Part shown: piece by piece, positions 61,651 through 64,000 of the stretch
Layout of the letters: every line of letters begins with the position of its first letter
Position numbering within the stretch: position 1 is the stretch's first letter
Assembly: GCF_963921235.1 (NCBI RefSeq)
Contig: NC_086121.1
Span: 14,942,001 to 15,006,000, forward strand
DNA from: Mobula hypostoma
Taxonomy: Eukaryota
Reading direction: 5' to 3'
Length of the DNA stretch: 64,000 nt
Made by a program: the position numbers and the translations under genes
The notes under the pieces: model-generated
Seen by the model: only the letters and a program-made list of their open reading frames with translations
Databases searched by the model: none
Told to the model about the DNA's origin: nothing

Positions 61651-62924
61651 TGGGCTGCACTCTATCCTGACTGACCTGGAAACTTGGTTAAGTTCCGAAA
61701 TAAAAGACTTATGCTTGGGTAGAGCACTGATTAAGAACTTCATCTGCTTGTCGCTTTTTAAGAAATGAAAAGAATGTTTAAATGCAAATACACAACTTAC
61801 AAGTAACAATTTATGTTTTTCTTTTAGTAACTGTCCGAGAAGATTTTACTTGGAAAATTAATGCAGATGGTACAACTAAGAAATGACTAAAGAATATTTT
61901 ATTTATGCAGGCCTTCTTTTTTAGTGTGTTGTTTGACCTGATTCAATAAGATATTACTACTGGGGGACTGCACAATTTATTTACAACTTTTAGAATTTCA
62001 AGGCTGTAATATTCATTTGTTTAGGAGGTTAGCAGAAGTTAATTCTGGTGTTTTGCAGTAATGTTGTTTCATAAGTATTAATAACCGATTTGGACACAGT
62101 GGATGAAATACCCCTTGTTGTTAACTTGATTTAGAAAAATCAGCAGAATACAAGCCAAAGGAAAACTTTTCCCACCCCGAGACTCAGACAAAAAATGCAA
62201 GTTGCACAATTTAAGTTGTGCTTATGTATATATTTTCTTACAAAGTGGAGGGAAATAATATGTGGTGTAGAACGTTTAATCTTAGCTTCATGATGTAGAC
62301 TGTCTTGAATGTGGTTGTGTTTATAATGGGTAAGTCTCTTGACATTTAAGCATTGAACGCACTTTAATGTACACTCACTGCTCACAGGACAGTCTGTCCA
62401 CAGCGGTATACAGATAAGCTATTGAGTAATCCTCCTCCCCCTCTCTGGGCCCTTTGTGCGATATTAACTGCAGAGTACACTGTTCTTAGTGATTGGATTT
62501 TGAAATATGAAAGAGCCGAGTAATTTTCCTGGAAAGTGAATTCCGTGAATTCTGTGGCATTGCCTTACTCAGAATTGTTGCTTTCTGAGCTGCATCGTTC
62601 TCTTTTATAAGCAACTATTCAGTCCACATTTTTTAACCAGCAGTCTACGACACCTTTGACAGGCTGCCTGAAGTTTGACAACAGAAATACTGTCTGTTGC
62701 TTAAACCCTTAACAAACTTGTGGACCAGTTTTCTTCAGTAAAGTAATGGGAAACGCAGAACTATTGCCTTTTATTACCTGACAAGAATTCTGTTCTTTCA
62801 CCACCAACCCCTGGCATATTACTAAAGCCGAACCCAGTTGCTGCTTCGTATTTGTGGCTCTGACTTTTTATTTGCTTGGTCACCGAGGCCTATTCCCGGC
62901 TGGTTTGACCTGCCTGTTCTTCCT

Positions 62925-63160
62925 TCAGCGGTGTCACACTGTTATAGCACCAGCGTTCCGGGTTTAATTCCTGCCGTTTTCTGCAAGGAGTTTGAAAATT
63001 CTCCCAGTGGCCGTGTGGGTTTCCTTCAGGGCTTCAGTGTTCCTCCCACATCCCAAAGATGTACGGGTTAGTAAATTAATTGGTCACATGAGTGCAATTG
63101 GGCAGTGCAGGCTCATTGGGCCGGAAGTGCCTTAAACTGTGCTGTATCTCTGAATAAAAA
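62925..63160 (+). mobile_element. V-SINE (HE1-like)
   Basis: gggtttaattcc, aaggagtttgaaaattctcccagtggccgtgtgggtttcct..cccacatcccaaagatgtac, aataaaaa tail. Confidence 0.85.
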
Positions 63161-63162
63161 TA

Positions 63163-63316
63163 CAGGTTGACCTTCACTAATCCGGCACCATTGGGACCTG
63201 AGATGTGCCAGATTAGTGAAAATGCCAAATTACAGAAGGATCACATTAAGCATAATCAGTGCCGGGTTATCGAAGGAACCAGATTACAGGTAGTCAGATT
63301 AGTGAAGGTCGACCTG
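63163..63316. mobile_element. 154-bp pogo/Tigger-type MITE
   Basis: TA-CAGGTTGACCTTCACTAATCCG ... CAGATTAGTGAAGGTCGACCTG-TA: near-perfect TIRs and TA TSD. Confidence 0.92.
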
Positions 63317-63701
63317 TACTAATATAAAATAAAAATTCAATCATGGCTTTTTAAATTTGAGGCTTATACACTTAGTCCACCCCAGAGTGGCCTACTATTC
63401 TTTCCTCTCAATAAACTCTCCTGTCTTACCGGCACCACAGCCTGTTTGCCCATTATCCATACACTCTCTAACCTATATTAGTTCCTGCATAAGTGATGTT
63501 TGAATTATAAAATTATCCTTGCTTCATTCTCCTCTGTGTATTTACCCTTCCCCTCTCTATAATCTCTATATTTACTCTACAATTCTGTACTGCTTCAGTT
63601 CTAGCCTCCAGAATGCTCCAGGGTGGATGGCTGTTCCTTCAGGGTGACAAAGCTTAGAAGTTTCCCAGTTCCATCATTATCCCCGCTCTTTCCAAAATAT
63701 A

Positions 63702-64000
63702 CAGTACTGTGTAAAAGTCCTTGGCACATAAATGTTGCCTAAGACTGTTGCACAGTCCTGTAGTGATTTTTATGTATTGCACTATACTGCTACCACAGCA
63801 AAAATAAATCATCACATATGTGAGTGATGATAAACCTGATTCTGATATGGGTCTCTGTTGTGGACTGAGAGTGGGAAGTGGGCAGGGAGAGGGGAGTCAT
63901 GGTTGGGAAAAGGGGGTGGTGGGAGCGGGAAGCATCAGAGAGACATTCTGTGAAGATCAATAAACCAAATGTTTGGAATCAAATCACCTTGCCTGGCGTC
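63702..64000 (+). mobile_element. Second copy of the composite Tc1-type element (runs off the window)
   Basis: TA-cagtactgtgtaaaagtccttggcac..gcctaagactgttgcacagtcctg-TA (63702-63760), then the Rex1 tail and purine-rich segment as in 58653-59340. Confidence 0.85.

Larger units (their letters stand above)
1..64000 (+). other. Probable large intron (likely intron 1) of an unidentified + strand vertebrate gene
   Basis: No recognisable host coding exon. The + strand is visibly T>A and G>C skewed. The first ~300 bp are GC/CpG-richer, like the edge of a promoter island. Dense interspersed repeats alternate with unique regulatory-like blocks. Confidence 0.55.

Noticed and set aside
1-64000. The many short six-frame ORFs as host genes
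   Set aside because: Recognisable ones are transposon remnants (Rex1, CR1, Tc1, Tigger, Gypsy, HERO). The rest have random-like composition and no convincing exon structure.

Overview
This is 64 kb of vertebrate non-coding DNA. The repeat repertoire points to a cartilaginous fish, probably a myliobatiform ray (inference from repeat families): V-SINE/HE1-like SINEs, CR1/HER1-like and Rex1/Babar LINEs, Penelope-like elements (PLEs), HERO-type RLE retrotransposons, Tc1/pogo/hAT MITEs and one Gypsy relic. I found no host protein-coding exon, structural RNA gene or CRISPR array. Every ORF with a recognisable product is a transposon remnant. The GC-rich left edge and the T/G-rich + strand suggest the 5' part of a large first intron of a + strand gene that I cannot name. 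Main points of interest: (1) the 3' UTR of two HERO-type elements contains all three hammerhead-ribozyme strands in a non-canonical, pseudoknot-requiring order; (2) several young, TSD-flanked ~180-230 bp Penelope fold-back insertions are centred on minimal type-I hammerheads; (3) three perfect DR2 nuclear-receptor elements lie within 4.4 kb of sequence; (4) a composite Tc1-type element is bracketed by two mini-MITE hairpins and carries a captured LINE tail; (5) a local patch of AT-to-GC substitutions suggests GC-biased gene conversion. All coordinates were read by eye, and ends of old repeats are approximate.
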